Shown here: in pieces, positions 33,156 to 41,619 of the stretch | How the letters are laid out: every line of letters begins with the position of its first letter | Numbering within the stretch: position 1 is the first letter of the stretch | Assembly (NCBI GenBank): GCA_041919095.1 | Contig: JAYRUL010000001.1 | Span: 21,779 to 85,778, forward strand | Direction of reading: 5' to 3' | Source: Rhodoferax sp. | GTDB lineage: Bacteria; Pseudomonadota; Gammaproteobacteria; Burkholderiales; Burkholderiaceae_C | DNA: 64,000 bases | The notes under the pieces: generated by a model | The model's input: only the letters and a program-made list of their open reading frames with translations | Told to the model about the DNA's origin: nothing | The model's database searches: none | Translations under genes and position numbers: made by a program

Positions 33156-36100
33156 TTACGCAAACGTGGGCTCGTGGCGGGTGGCGTCGCTGTGCAGGTA
33201 ATGCGCCGCATCATGGTGTTGCAAACCCCATGACTGCGCGCCCAGCGGCACAAACGCAAGCGCCTCTGCATCCGGGGCGCTGGCCGCACCGCAAAACTGG
33301 CTGAACAACAACGCCTGGCGACGAACCTCCGCCGCCTGCTGCGTGGTGTCAAACGCAAACATGGCGTCGTGCACTTCGCCGGTGCTACCGTCCACCCGGG
33401 TGAACTGGGCCTGCCCCATCACGGCCACACCGCTCAGGTGATCAGACCCGCGCGACGACGCCACCTGCTGGGGGCCATCGTCTGGTTGCTGCGTCACCAG
33501 GCCGATGGAAGCAATACCCAGTTGCGCCAACGTTTGGTACTCGCCCGCTTGGGTCTGGCCGTCTGCGTTGCGGTCCTCCCAGGCACCAAACTCGGCCCAC
33601 CGTGCGTCGCCCGCATCCAACGCGCCATTGCCATTGGTATCAAAAGCGCGCAGCCCCTCCAGATCGGTCTTGGCACCCGCTTGGTACTGGGTAAACGTGA
33701 ACTCATTCACGTCGCTGATCTGGTTGTCCCCATTCAAATCCAGGCCCAGCACAGCGCTCCCCACACCGGCCCAGGCGATCGAATCGCCCACCCCATCGCT
33801 ATTCAAGTCAAACCGCACCTTGGAAAGCGCCATGTCCACATACTGCGGCGCACCACCGTGCAAGGCCAGCACCACCGGGGGGGCAAAGCCGGTGAAGTCC
33901 ATCACGCTGGTGTACCCCGAACCTGCGATGTAGTTGAAATGCCAGGTGTTCTGCAGGCCACGGTCGTCCGTCACGCGCCAAGTCGTCTCGAACGCATCGA
34001 GCGCGTTCACACGCTTCACATCAAAACTCCAACTGGTATTGGTAGTGGTGAAATAATTCCACTGCGGGGTGGCAATGGCAGGCCCGGGGTCGCCGAACAC
34101 GTGGTACTGACCGCTGACAAACGTGACCGTGGCAGCGCCCGTATCGCCATCGTCGCCAATCGTCCATTGCGCCTCGCCAATGTCAAATGCCGCTGCAGGC
34201 GTGGTACCTGTGGGGTAAAAGTTGGTATACGTGACGGTGATTTTTGGATACTCATTGGGCGGTGGCGCCACCGTGACGAAGGCGGTCGCCCAGGCGGCAC
34301 CACCGTTTTTGTCGCTGACCTGGTACTCAAACGTCGCCGTGCCGTTGAAGTCCAACGTCGGCACAAACTTGACCTGACCGGCCTCCATCGTGGCCGTGCC
34401 GTTGGTGGCGTTGCGCACACCGCCCACGGTCAGGTCGGAGCCGGCGTTGTCCACATCGGTGTCATTGCCCGTCAACTCTGCAAAAGTCATGGTGCTGATC
34501 GACCCTGCCTTGGTCGTGTTGGTGTACATGCTGAACTTGTCATCCACCCCCACCGGGTTGTCGTTGACGGCGGCCACCGTGAAATCCACCGTCACCGTCG
34601 GCGACGTGTCCCCACTGCCATCGCGCACCTGGTAGTCAAACCGATCGGTCCCGTAATAGTTGGCCGTTGGTGTGTACACCACGTTGCCGCTGCCATCGAC
34701 CGTCACCGTGCCGTGTTGGGGTGCGGCACCGGTCAACACAATCTGCAAGCCCCCGTTGCCGTCGTCCACGTCCCCGTCATTGGCCACCAGCGTACTGCGG
34801 TCGATGTGGAACACCGCATCCTCGCTGGCCCCGTACACCGTCTCACCCTGGGCATACGGCGCATCATTCACCGCAGCCAGGTTGACCGTGACCGTAGCCG
34901 GGTTGGATTCCTGGCCGTCCGGGTCTTTCACCCAATACGTAAACCCGGCCGCACCGGTATGGTTGGCATTGGGCGCAAACACCACGTCACCACTGCCGTT
35001 GATGCTGACCGTTCCCCCGCTGGCATTGGCCACACGCGAGACCTTGAGCGAGCTGAGCGGGTTGTCGGCATCGGTCTCGTTTTGCAGCAAGCTCGCTGCG
35101 GTGATGGTCAGGGTCTGGTCTTCCTGGCCATTAATGGTTTCGCCACTGGCCACCGGCGCATCGGCCACCGCGCCCACCTGCACAAAAGCCGTCGTGGTCG
35201 CACTGCCACCCTTGCCGTCGCTCACCGTGTAGTCAAAGCTGGCGTTGCCGTTGTAGTTGGCATCGGGCACAAACTGGATTTGCCCATTGCCCAGAATGCT
35301 CACCGTACCATGGGTGGCATTGGCCACGGTGCTGATGGACAGGGTCTGGGCGTCGGTGGTGGTGTCGGCATCGGTGTCGTTGGCCAGTAGCGCAGCCTGC
35401 GTAACCAAAAGCGTGGTGTCTTCGCTGGCTGCAATGGTTTCACCCACCGCCACTGGCACATCGTTCACCGCCCCCACCTGCAGCGTCACATGCGCCTTGG
35501 ACTGGCCGCCTTGGCCATCGTCCACCAGGTAATCAAACCCCGCCTTGCCGTGGAAGTTGGCGTCCGGCGTGAACTGCACCGAACCGTTGGGCAGCAGGTT
35601 GACCGTGCCGTGCGTGGCCGCACCCACCGCGCCGATGCGCAGCGTTTGGTTGTCCGTGGCCATGTCCACATCGGTATCGTTGCCCAGCAGGCTCGCCGCA
35701 CTCAAGGTCAGCACCGTGTCTTCGGTGCCATTGGCACTGTCGTCCTGGCCGACTGGGGTGTCGTTCACGGCCGTGATGGTGAAACTAGCCACCCCAGCGG
35801 CCTGGCTGCCGTCTTGCGCACTGACCAGGTAGGCAAAACTGGCTGCGCCGTGGTAGTTGGCATCGGGGGTGAACACCACCTCACCGCCTTGGATGCTGAC
35901 CGTGCCATGCTGCGCATTACCCACCTGCGTAATCGTCTGGGCATTGGCATCGTTGGCCAGCAGAACGCTAAAGGGCACGCGCAGCGCCCGGTCTTCTTGC
36001 GGGTCGCTCAACTGGTCGTCACCGGTCTTGGCGCTGGTGTCCACCGTCGGCCCGGCGGGCGTAGTGGGCACGACCACAGGGCTCGGAGGCGCAACCGGTG

Positions 36101-39100
36101 GCGCAAGCGCAGTCGGGTTGCTGGGCGCGGTGGTGCCGGTCGGTGGGGTGGTCGTACCGGGTGTGGTGCTAGGGGTCGTGCTAGTGGGCAGCGGCTCAGT
36201 ACTGGGGGGCGGTGCCACCACCGTCGTGCCCGGCCGGCGCGGGGCAATATAGGGTCGGCTCAGGGTGGACTCCCCCGGTGCGGGCGGGTGCCATGCGCCA
36301 GCGCTGCCCGTGGTCGCGTTGTTCCAAGGCGTCCAGGCCGTCTCGTCAAACGGGGCTGGGCTGCGATGCAACGGAGGGTGGATGCGCGGCCCCGGTAGAT
36401 CGGGCACGGCACTGCTGCCTACGCCCAGGCGCACTTGGCGCACCACCGCAAAGTTGTCCAGGTTGATGGTGCTGGTGGCATCGCGGGTACTGGCAGCGTC
36501 GGGGTTGGCGTACCCGCTGGGGGTGGGGTGGTAGTAGGCGCGCGCGGTGTCGGGTGCAACTGCGCTGGGGGCGCTCTGCCAGTTAAAACCCGTGTCGCCA
36601 GGCTCGGCCTTGGCAAAAGCGGTTTGCGGTACGGCCCCCAGGCCCACGGCCGCCAGTGCGCCCAGGCCGGTTGCGCCAAACAGGCTGTCTGGGGGCAGGC
36701 GCAGGTGTTCTTTGCCGTCGGCCGTCATCCAGCCTTCACGCACACCGGCGGGCACGAAGGTGATGCGTTCGGTGCTGGGGGTGTTGGTACTGCTCAGGCT
36801 GTGAATGCGCGCATCGCCCACTTGCACGGTAATGACCTTGGGGCGCTCTTGGGGCGCATCGCTGAGCATGCGCGCATCGCCCACGCCGATGGTGCTGGCG
36901 GTGGTGACGTTGGCCTTGGCGCGCACCTCGCCCGTGCTGGTGGCACCGGTTGCCGTGGTTTGGGTGGGTGCCCCTGCCACGTTGCCCCCGCCGTGGCGGT
37001 GCTGGGCGGCTTCGGCAGTGCCTTCCCAATCGCCGGTGCTTTTGGCGTTGAGTTCGTAGCGGATGCTGCGGTCTTTGCCGTCGTAGTGTTCGTAGACGAG
37101 CAGCTCACCGGTCTTGAGGTCTTGCAGTTGGCCGTCTTCGCCCACGCCGTACACGGTGCCGAGCTGGACGCCTTCGGTGTCGGCAGCCAGTGTGGTGGCG
37201 GTGAGGGTTTGGGTTTGGCCACCTTCGTAGGTGAGGCTGCCTGCCTGCAGGTCGATGCTGGTGAGCTGCAGGGTTTGCAGGGTGGTGTTTTCTGCGGCTT
37301 GCATGATGCCGTCATGGTTGACGTCCACCCAGAGTTTGATGGCGGCAAAGGCCGGGTCGCTGGCGTCCAACTTGCCGTCGCCATTGGCATCCAACCAGGC
37401 CAGGCTGTTGCGCTCGGCTGCGTTGCCCCCCAGGTGCAGGATGTCGGCGGTCTCGATCTGGCCGTTGGCATTGGCGTCGAGCACCAGCATGCCTTGGGCG
37501 TTGCCCTGGGCGTCCAGGGTGCTGACCCATTGGGTGGATTCCAGGAAGCCGTCGCCGTCTACGTCGCGGTAGACCTCGGAGGTGGCTTGGGCTGCTGTGT
37601 CGGGGCCTGCCGGATTGGGTTTGAGCTGGGCCAGGGCGCTGATGTGGGCCTGGGCCTCGGGGGTGTCCAGGCGCAGCACCAGGGCGCTGACGGTTTGGGT
37701 TTTATGGTCGGCGCTCTCCAGCGCTTGGCCCTGGATGCCCACCGCGCTGGCGTCAAAGCGGGGGGTGGTGCTGGGTGGGGGGGCGCTGCTGGCGGGTGCG
37801 AAGTCGTCGGCGTTGGGGGTGGCGGGGTTGGCTGCGCTGGTAGCGGTTGGGGTGCTGGCATCACCCTCCCAGCTGGTGGGGCCTTGGGCAGTGGTGGCGG
37901 CTTCGGCGTTGTCTTGGGCTTGTGCCTTTTGTTCGGCGCTGTGCGCTTGTTGGTGCGCCAGCAGGGTTTGCACCTGCCATTGGGGCACGATGGCGTCGTT
38001 TTGGGTGGCCAGTTCGATCAGGCGCTGGCCGATGTTTTCGGGGTGGACGGTTTCTTTGCTGGTGCTGCCGTCGGCTTGGGTGATGGCGATCCAGCTGGTG
38101 CCGGCCGTAAAGCCGACTTGGGGCAGTCGGCTGGGGTCGATGGCGAGCTGGGTGCTGGCGTCACCGGGTGCTTGGCCGTTGTTGGCATCAATGACGCTTT
38201 GCAGGATACCGAGCAGGCTGCCTGCGGTGCTGTGGGCACTGTCGGCACCGCCGCTGACGTTGTGTTCGGTCTGGATGGTGATGCTGCCGTCTTCACCCAG
38301 TTGGTAGGAGACCAGGCCATCGGGCGGCGGGGGTGGGGCGTGGTTGCCCATGAGGCCCCCAAAGACGCTCAGGCACAGGCTGATGACGGTGCCATAGGGC
38401 GGGAAGCATGCCGCCACGCTGGAGGCAATGCTCAGGGGGTTGCCGCTTTGCAGGGCCCCGGCGATGTTGAGGGCGTTGAGGACGGGGATGGGGATCGCGT
38501 TGACGCTGCCCGAGCCGACGATGGAGTTGTAGAAGCTGCCCCCGCTGCTGGCGATGCTGATGGGGTTACCGCTTTGCAGCGCCTGCACCAGGCCCAGCCC
38601 AGAGCCCAGGGTATTGAGGCTGCCCAGGCCGAGGTTGTTGGTGGCGCCGCTGGCGATGGCTTCGCTGCTGAGTCCGTAGGTGTTGAGGGTGTTGTACAGG
38701 CCCACTGCCGTGCCGAGTTTGCCCAGGTCGGTTTGTTGGCTCCAGTTCTTCAGACCGATGAGGGTGCTGGCCAGGCCGAGGTCTTGGGTGAGGGGGTGCA
38801 GGTCGGCAGCGGGGGCTGCGTAGTTGGTGAAGTGGTGGTCGCTGGGGTCGTAGGTCGCGCTGGGCTCGGTGATGGGTGGGGGTTGGGGGGTGGTGTCGTT
38901 GTCGGCGGATGCGCCGCTGGTGTCGGGGTAGCGCGAGAAGCGGGCGTCGGAGGGGTCGGGGTCTGTGAGGATGGGGGTGGCCGGTGTGCCGGTGGCAATC
39001 AGCGTTTGGGTGTTGTCCAGCGTGTTGATGCTGTAGGTTTGGTCGGCGGTGATTTGTTCGTTGGCATCCCAGGTGACGGTGCGCACGGTGCGCCCGAACT

Positions 39101-41114
39101 CATCGGCGCTGCTGGTGGTCTGGGTGGTGCTGCCGTCGGCATTGTGGGTGAGGGTGACGGTTTCGCCGGTCTTGGTGTTGTTGGATTGGGTGCTGCCAGC
39201 CGCAGTGGTGGTGACCAGGTTGTCGCCCACGCGCTGCGGGATTTGCAGGCTGGCGCCTGCGGGAACGTTGGTGCAGTCTGGGTTGATGCCGAGTTCGGGG
39301 TTGGCGCTGCGCAGGTCGTCGGCGGTGATGGGGTTGCCTGCCTTGTTTTGCAGAAGGACGATGTCCGAGAGGGTGCCGCCGGGCTTGAGGGTGACGTGGG
39401 TGGCATCGACAGTGCCAACGAAGGTGCTGCTGCCCGGGCGGGGTTCGGCAGGGGAAACGAGTTCGGGATTAACGGTGCCACGGCCCGCGCCTGCGACGTT
39501 GGGGAAGTTGTAGTCGAGTTTGCCAGGCGTACCGATTGAAGAAACTGTTGAAACACCCAAAATCGACTCTGCACCGGTCCCCGCTGGGTCGCCTACGATG
39601 GCATCGCTGCCGCCTTGTTCCCGCAACCATGCATCGGCCTTATGCATCAGTTCCTGCAGTTTTTCCGGGGTGCCGTGTCCGTAATAGGCGCCCACACCCG
39701 CACCCGCCAACGTGACCAGTCCGTGCAAAGCGGGGCCAATATAGGGCACGAACTCAAGCTGCCACGTGCTCGCCGCTGTGACTTCTGCCCCAATGACTGC
39801 CCCGTTGATGGCACCCATGATCTTGGCCGTGGCGGTGGTGGTGATTTCCGCTGCCTTGGCGAAGTCACCCTCATTGGCGGCGCGTGTAGCGCGGTTCAAA
39901 GCATCATTGGCCTCCAGCGCAATACCCATGTAGCCTGCTGCGTTTGCTACCTTGGTCAGTGCCACCACCGCCTGCGTCGCACCTGCTCCCGTAGCAGTAG
40001 CGAAGTCTTGCGTTGCCAAGGTACGGGCCGCGTTCTCCATGCTTTTAAAGCCTTCAGCGATACCCTCGGGATCGGCGAACGCGGAGAACCCTTGTTGGTA
40101 CTTCGCAACCACACCGAAATCCCTGACGCCCCCTGCCGCCGTCGGCAGGGCTTCGACCTTGATGTCCGAGACGTACTTGGACAGCGGCGTGGTGTCCAAA
40201 ACCAATTTATCGCCAACATAGCCGTACTGGAAATCCTTGGTAACCATCAACGACGATGCCGCCGCCGCTTTATTGACTTCTAACAACGCGTGCTCTACGG
40301 CCTGCCCCGCAGTGGCCGGATTGGCTTGGTACTTGGCCAAGCTGGTTTCATAGATATTGACAAATATCTCTTTGGGAACGCCGTTGTGGGGCTCGGGGTT
40401 TTTGAGCATGTTGCTCAATTCAACCTGGGTAAAAGTCCGCTCAGGATTGGCCTCAACGCTCAGCGCGATACTGGGGCCAACCGTAGCACCACTGAACCGT
40501 TCTGAGCCCAGTGCCCATTGCCCCTGCTTTGCGTCAAACAGAAATTTGTTGGCTGGATCAGAGCGATTCTCCAAATTGTCAACGGTTGTATCGAACGCTT
40601 TCGCTAGTTCTTTCTGAAATTCAGACCTTGTCAGGAGATCCGCTAACTCGGTCTTGTCAATTACCCGAACGTCAGGATTAGCCTTGAGGGCCCCTATCAC
40701 TTGTGAGGTATGTACGGCACCCATTTCACCGCCGTAATAGACGGTCAACTTACCGCCTGTTTCGACGGAGGTACGTTGAATGAGCTCAGTCAACGCTGCA
40801 GGGTTCTGATGGTAGGTACTGGGATTGTTCCGCAGTTCGGTCAACACTTCGTCAGCACTCAGGGCTTTGGCAGCACTGCTCATGGTTGATGCGGAAGCCC
40901 CACTACTTACGCTGGACCCCGAGCCCGCTCCACCGCTCACGACGCCAGGCTTTGCAGTGCCTAATGGTGCACTGAGGTACCTGCCCGCTTCTTGTTGTGC
41001 ATCGGCCTGACCATTCACGGCCACACCAGCGCCTGCATTGGCGGCGTCTTGGATTGCTGTTTTGGTTTGCGTTTTTTGCTCACCGGTCAAGTGATCCGAT
41101 TTTGCTGTGCCCAT
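33156..41114 (-). CDS. Giant T1SS cargo (2652 aa): unique N-terminus, LysM-like motif, hydrophobic segment, two SPM-like Ca-binding domains, six cadherin-like repeats
   Basis: No signal peptide and directly upstream of the HlyB gene. Contains DxDxDG-type motifs, six ~100-aa 'AVND.P...ED....LL.ND.D..HGTV...F.P.AN..G...F.Y.V.D' repeats, and a Pro/Thr linker. Confidence 0.88.
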   Translation of the reverse strand: MGTAKSDHLTGEQKTQTKTAIQDAANAGAGVAVNGQADAQQEAGRYLSAPLGTAKPGVVSGGAGSGSSVSSGASASTMSSAAKALSADEVLTELRNNPSTYHQNPAALTELIQRTSVETGGKLTVYYGGEMGAVHTSQVIGALKANPDVRVIDKTELADLLTRSEFQKELAKAFDTTVDNLENRSDPANKFLFDAKQGQWALGSERFSGATVGPSIALSVEANPERTFTQVELSNMLKNPEPHNGVPKEIFVNIYETSLAKYQANPATAGQAVEHALLEVNKAAAASSLMVTKDFQYGYVGDKLVLDTTPLSKYVSDIKVEALPTAAGGVRDFGVVAKYQQGFSAFADPEGIAEGFKSMENAARTLATQDFATATGAGATQAVVALTKVANAAGYMGIALEANDALNRATRAANEGDFAKAAEITTTATAKIMGAINGAVIGAEVTAASTWQLEFVPYIGPALHGLVTLAGAGVGAYYGHGTPEKLQELMHKADAWLREQGGSDAIVGDPAGTGAESILGVSTVSSIGTPGKLDYNFPNVAGAGRGTVNPELVSPAEPRPGSSTFVGTVDATHVTLKPGGTLSDIVLLQNKAGNPITADDLRSANPELGINPDCTNVPAGASLQIPQRVGDNLVTTTAAGSTQSNNTKTGETVTLTHNADGSTTQTTSSADEFGRTVRTVTWDANEQITADQTYSINTLDNTQTLIATGTPATPILTDPDPSDARFSRYPDTSGASADNDTTPQPPPITEPSATYDPSDHHFTNYAAPAADLHPLTQDLGLASTLIGLKNWSQQTDLGKLGTAVGLYNTLNTYGLSSEAIASGATNNLGLGSLNTLGSGLGLVQALQSGNPISIASSGGSFYNSIVGSGSVNAIPIPVLNALNIAGALQSGNPLSIASSVAACFPPYGTVISLCLSVFGGLMGNHAPPPPPDGLVSYQLGEDGSITIQTEHNVSGGADSAHSTAGSLLGILQSVIDANNGQAPGDASTQLAIDPSRLPQVGFTAGTSWIAITQADGSTSKETVHPENIGQRLIELATQNDAIVPQWQVQTLLAHQQAHSAEQKAQAQDNAEAATTAQGPTSWEGDASTPTATSAANPATPNADDFAPASSAPPPSTTPRFDASAVGIQGQALESADHKTQTVSALVLRLDTPEAQAHISALAQLKPNPAGPDTAAQATSEVYRDVDGDGFLESTQWVSTLDAQGNAQGMLVLDANANGQIETADILHLGGNAAERNSLAWLDANGDGKLDASDPAFAAIKLWVDVNHDGIMQAAENTTLQTLQLTSIDLQAGSLTYEGGQTQTLTATTLAADTEGVQLGTVYGVGEDGQLQDLKTGELLVYEHYDGKDRSIRYELNAKSTGDWEGTAEAAQHRHGGGNVAGAPTQTTATGATSTGEVRAKANVTTASTIGVGDARMLSDAPQERPKVITVQVGDARIHSLSSTNTPSTERITFVPAGVREGWMTADGKEHLRLPPDSLFGATGLGALAAVGLGAVPQTAFAKAEPGDTGFNWQSAPSAVAPDTARAYYHPTPSGYANPDAASTRDATSTINLDNFAVVRQVRLGVGSSAVPDLPGPRIHPPLHRSPAPFDETAWTPWNNATTGSAGAWHPPAPGESTLSRPYIAPRRPGTTVVAPPPSTEPLPTSTTPSTTPGTTTPPTGTTAPSNPTALAPPVAPPSPVVVPTTPAGPTVDTSAKTGDDQLSDPQEDRALRVPFSVLLANDANAQTITQVGNAQHGTVSIQGGEVVFTPDANYHGAASFAYLVSAQDGSQAAGVASFTITAVNDTPVGQDDSANGTEDTVLTLSAASLLGNDTDVDMATDNQTLRIGAVGAATHGTVNLLPNGSVQFTPDANFHGKAGFDYLVDDGQGGQSKAHVTLQVGAVNDVPVAVGETIAASEDTTLLVTQAALLANDTDADTTTDAQTLSISTVANATHGTVSILGNGQIQFVPDANYNGNASFDYTVSDGKGGSATTTAFVQVGAVADAPVASGETINGQEDQTLTITAASLLQNETDADNPLSSLKVSRVANASGGTVSINGSGDVVFAPNANHTGAAGFTYWVKDPDGQESNPATVTVNLAAVNDAPYAQGETVYGASEDAVFHIDRSTLVANDGDVDDGNGGLQIVLTGAAPQHGTVTVDGSGNVVYTPTANYYGTDRFDYQVRDGSGDTSPTVTVDFTVAAVNDNPVGVDDKFSMYTNTTKAGSISTMTFAELTGNDTDVDNAGSDLTVGGVRNATNGTATMEAGQVKFVPTLDFNGTATFEYQVSDKNGGAAWATAFVTVAPPPNEYPKITVTYTNFYPTGTTPAAAFDIGEAQWTIGDDGDTGAATVTFVSGQYHVFGDPGPAIATPQWNYFTTTNTSWSFDVKRVNALDAFETTWRVTDDRGLQNTWHFNYIAGSGYTSVMDFTGFAPPVVLALHGGAPQYVDMALSKVRFDLNSDGVGDSIAWAGVGSAVLGLDLNGDNQISDVNEFTFTQYQAGAKTDLEGLRAFDTNGNGALDAGDARWAEFGAWEDRNADGQTQAGEYQTLAQLGIASIGLVTQQPDDGPQQVASSRGSDHLSGVAVMGQAQFTRVDGSTGEVHDAMFAFDTTQQAAEVRRQALLFSQFCGAASAPDAEALAFVPLGAQSWGLQHHDAAHYLHSDATRHEPTFA
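35898..38806. repeat. 2,909-bp direct repeat, copy in the full-length cargo gene
   Basis: Matches 41902-44810 at a constant offset of 6,004. By eye only a few substitutions, near the ends. Confidence 0.95.
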
Positions 41115-41137
41115 ATTGACTCTCGCTTGGCGTTATT

Positions 41138-41147
41138 GGGGGGGGGG
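41138..41147. repeat. G10 homopolymer in the short spacer upstream of the giant gene
   Basis: cgttatt-gggggggggg-tga, 24-33 nt upstream of the ATG at 41114. Confidence 0.8.
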
Positions 41148-41165
41148 TGATTGGGGCCGTCGCAC

Positions 41166-41606
41166 TCAGAACTCAAAATTGAATTTGTATTCTTTGTAAT
41201 CGCCCCAGGTGGCCATACCTTTGCGGTCAACCAACGCCTGCTTGAAATCCGCAATGATTTCCGCACGCCTTGGCATCAACTCCTGCGGCAACCAAAAGCT
41301 TCCTTGCGGGGGATGGGTAATGCGAAGCCTCACTGTCCTTTCGGCATAGTCCCGCGCCCGGCTGGTGAAACTCACCGTCTCCAGCGTAATGTTCACCCGA
41401 TGACCGTGCCAATTGAAGATGAACTCCGAAGTGACCGGTTCATCGCGCCCATCGGTCTTCATATGCCGGAGGTACGAGTTTTGTTCGCGATCAATTGTCC
41501 AGTGAGTCTCTCCTATCGTGGGGCTTTTAAAAAACTCCAAGTCCTGCTCGCGCAAGCCATACCGAACAATGTCTTCCTCAGATGCAATTTCATTCACAAA
41601 AGGCAT
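41166..41606 (-). CDS. Hypothetical cytoplasmic protein, candidate immunity protein for the 41114 cargo
   Basis: 146 aa, no signal peptide or TM, AGGA RBS, 'FVNE..SEEDI..Y' and 'WTIDRE...YL'; immediately upstream of the giant gene. Confidence 0.65.
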   Translation of the reverse strand: MPFVNEIASEEDIVRYGLREQDLEFFKSPTIGETHWTIDREQNSYLRHMKTDGRDEPVTSEFIFNWHGHRVNITLETVSFTSRARDYAERTVRLRITHPPQGSFWLPQELMPRRAEIIADFKQALVDRKGMATWGDYKEYKFNFEF

Positions 41607-41619
41607 AGGGTTGTCCTAA

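Noticed and set aside
34260-36030. Tandem repeats as a CRISPR array or DNA repeat element
   Set aside because: They are diverged protein-level cadherin-like repeats with no repeat-spacer structure.
33156-41114. Calling the cargo a classical RTX hemolysin
   Set aside because: No GGxGxD nonapeptide array was found, and the HlyC-like partner has a divergent active site.
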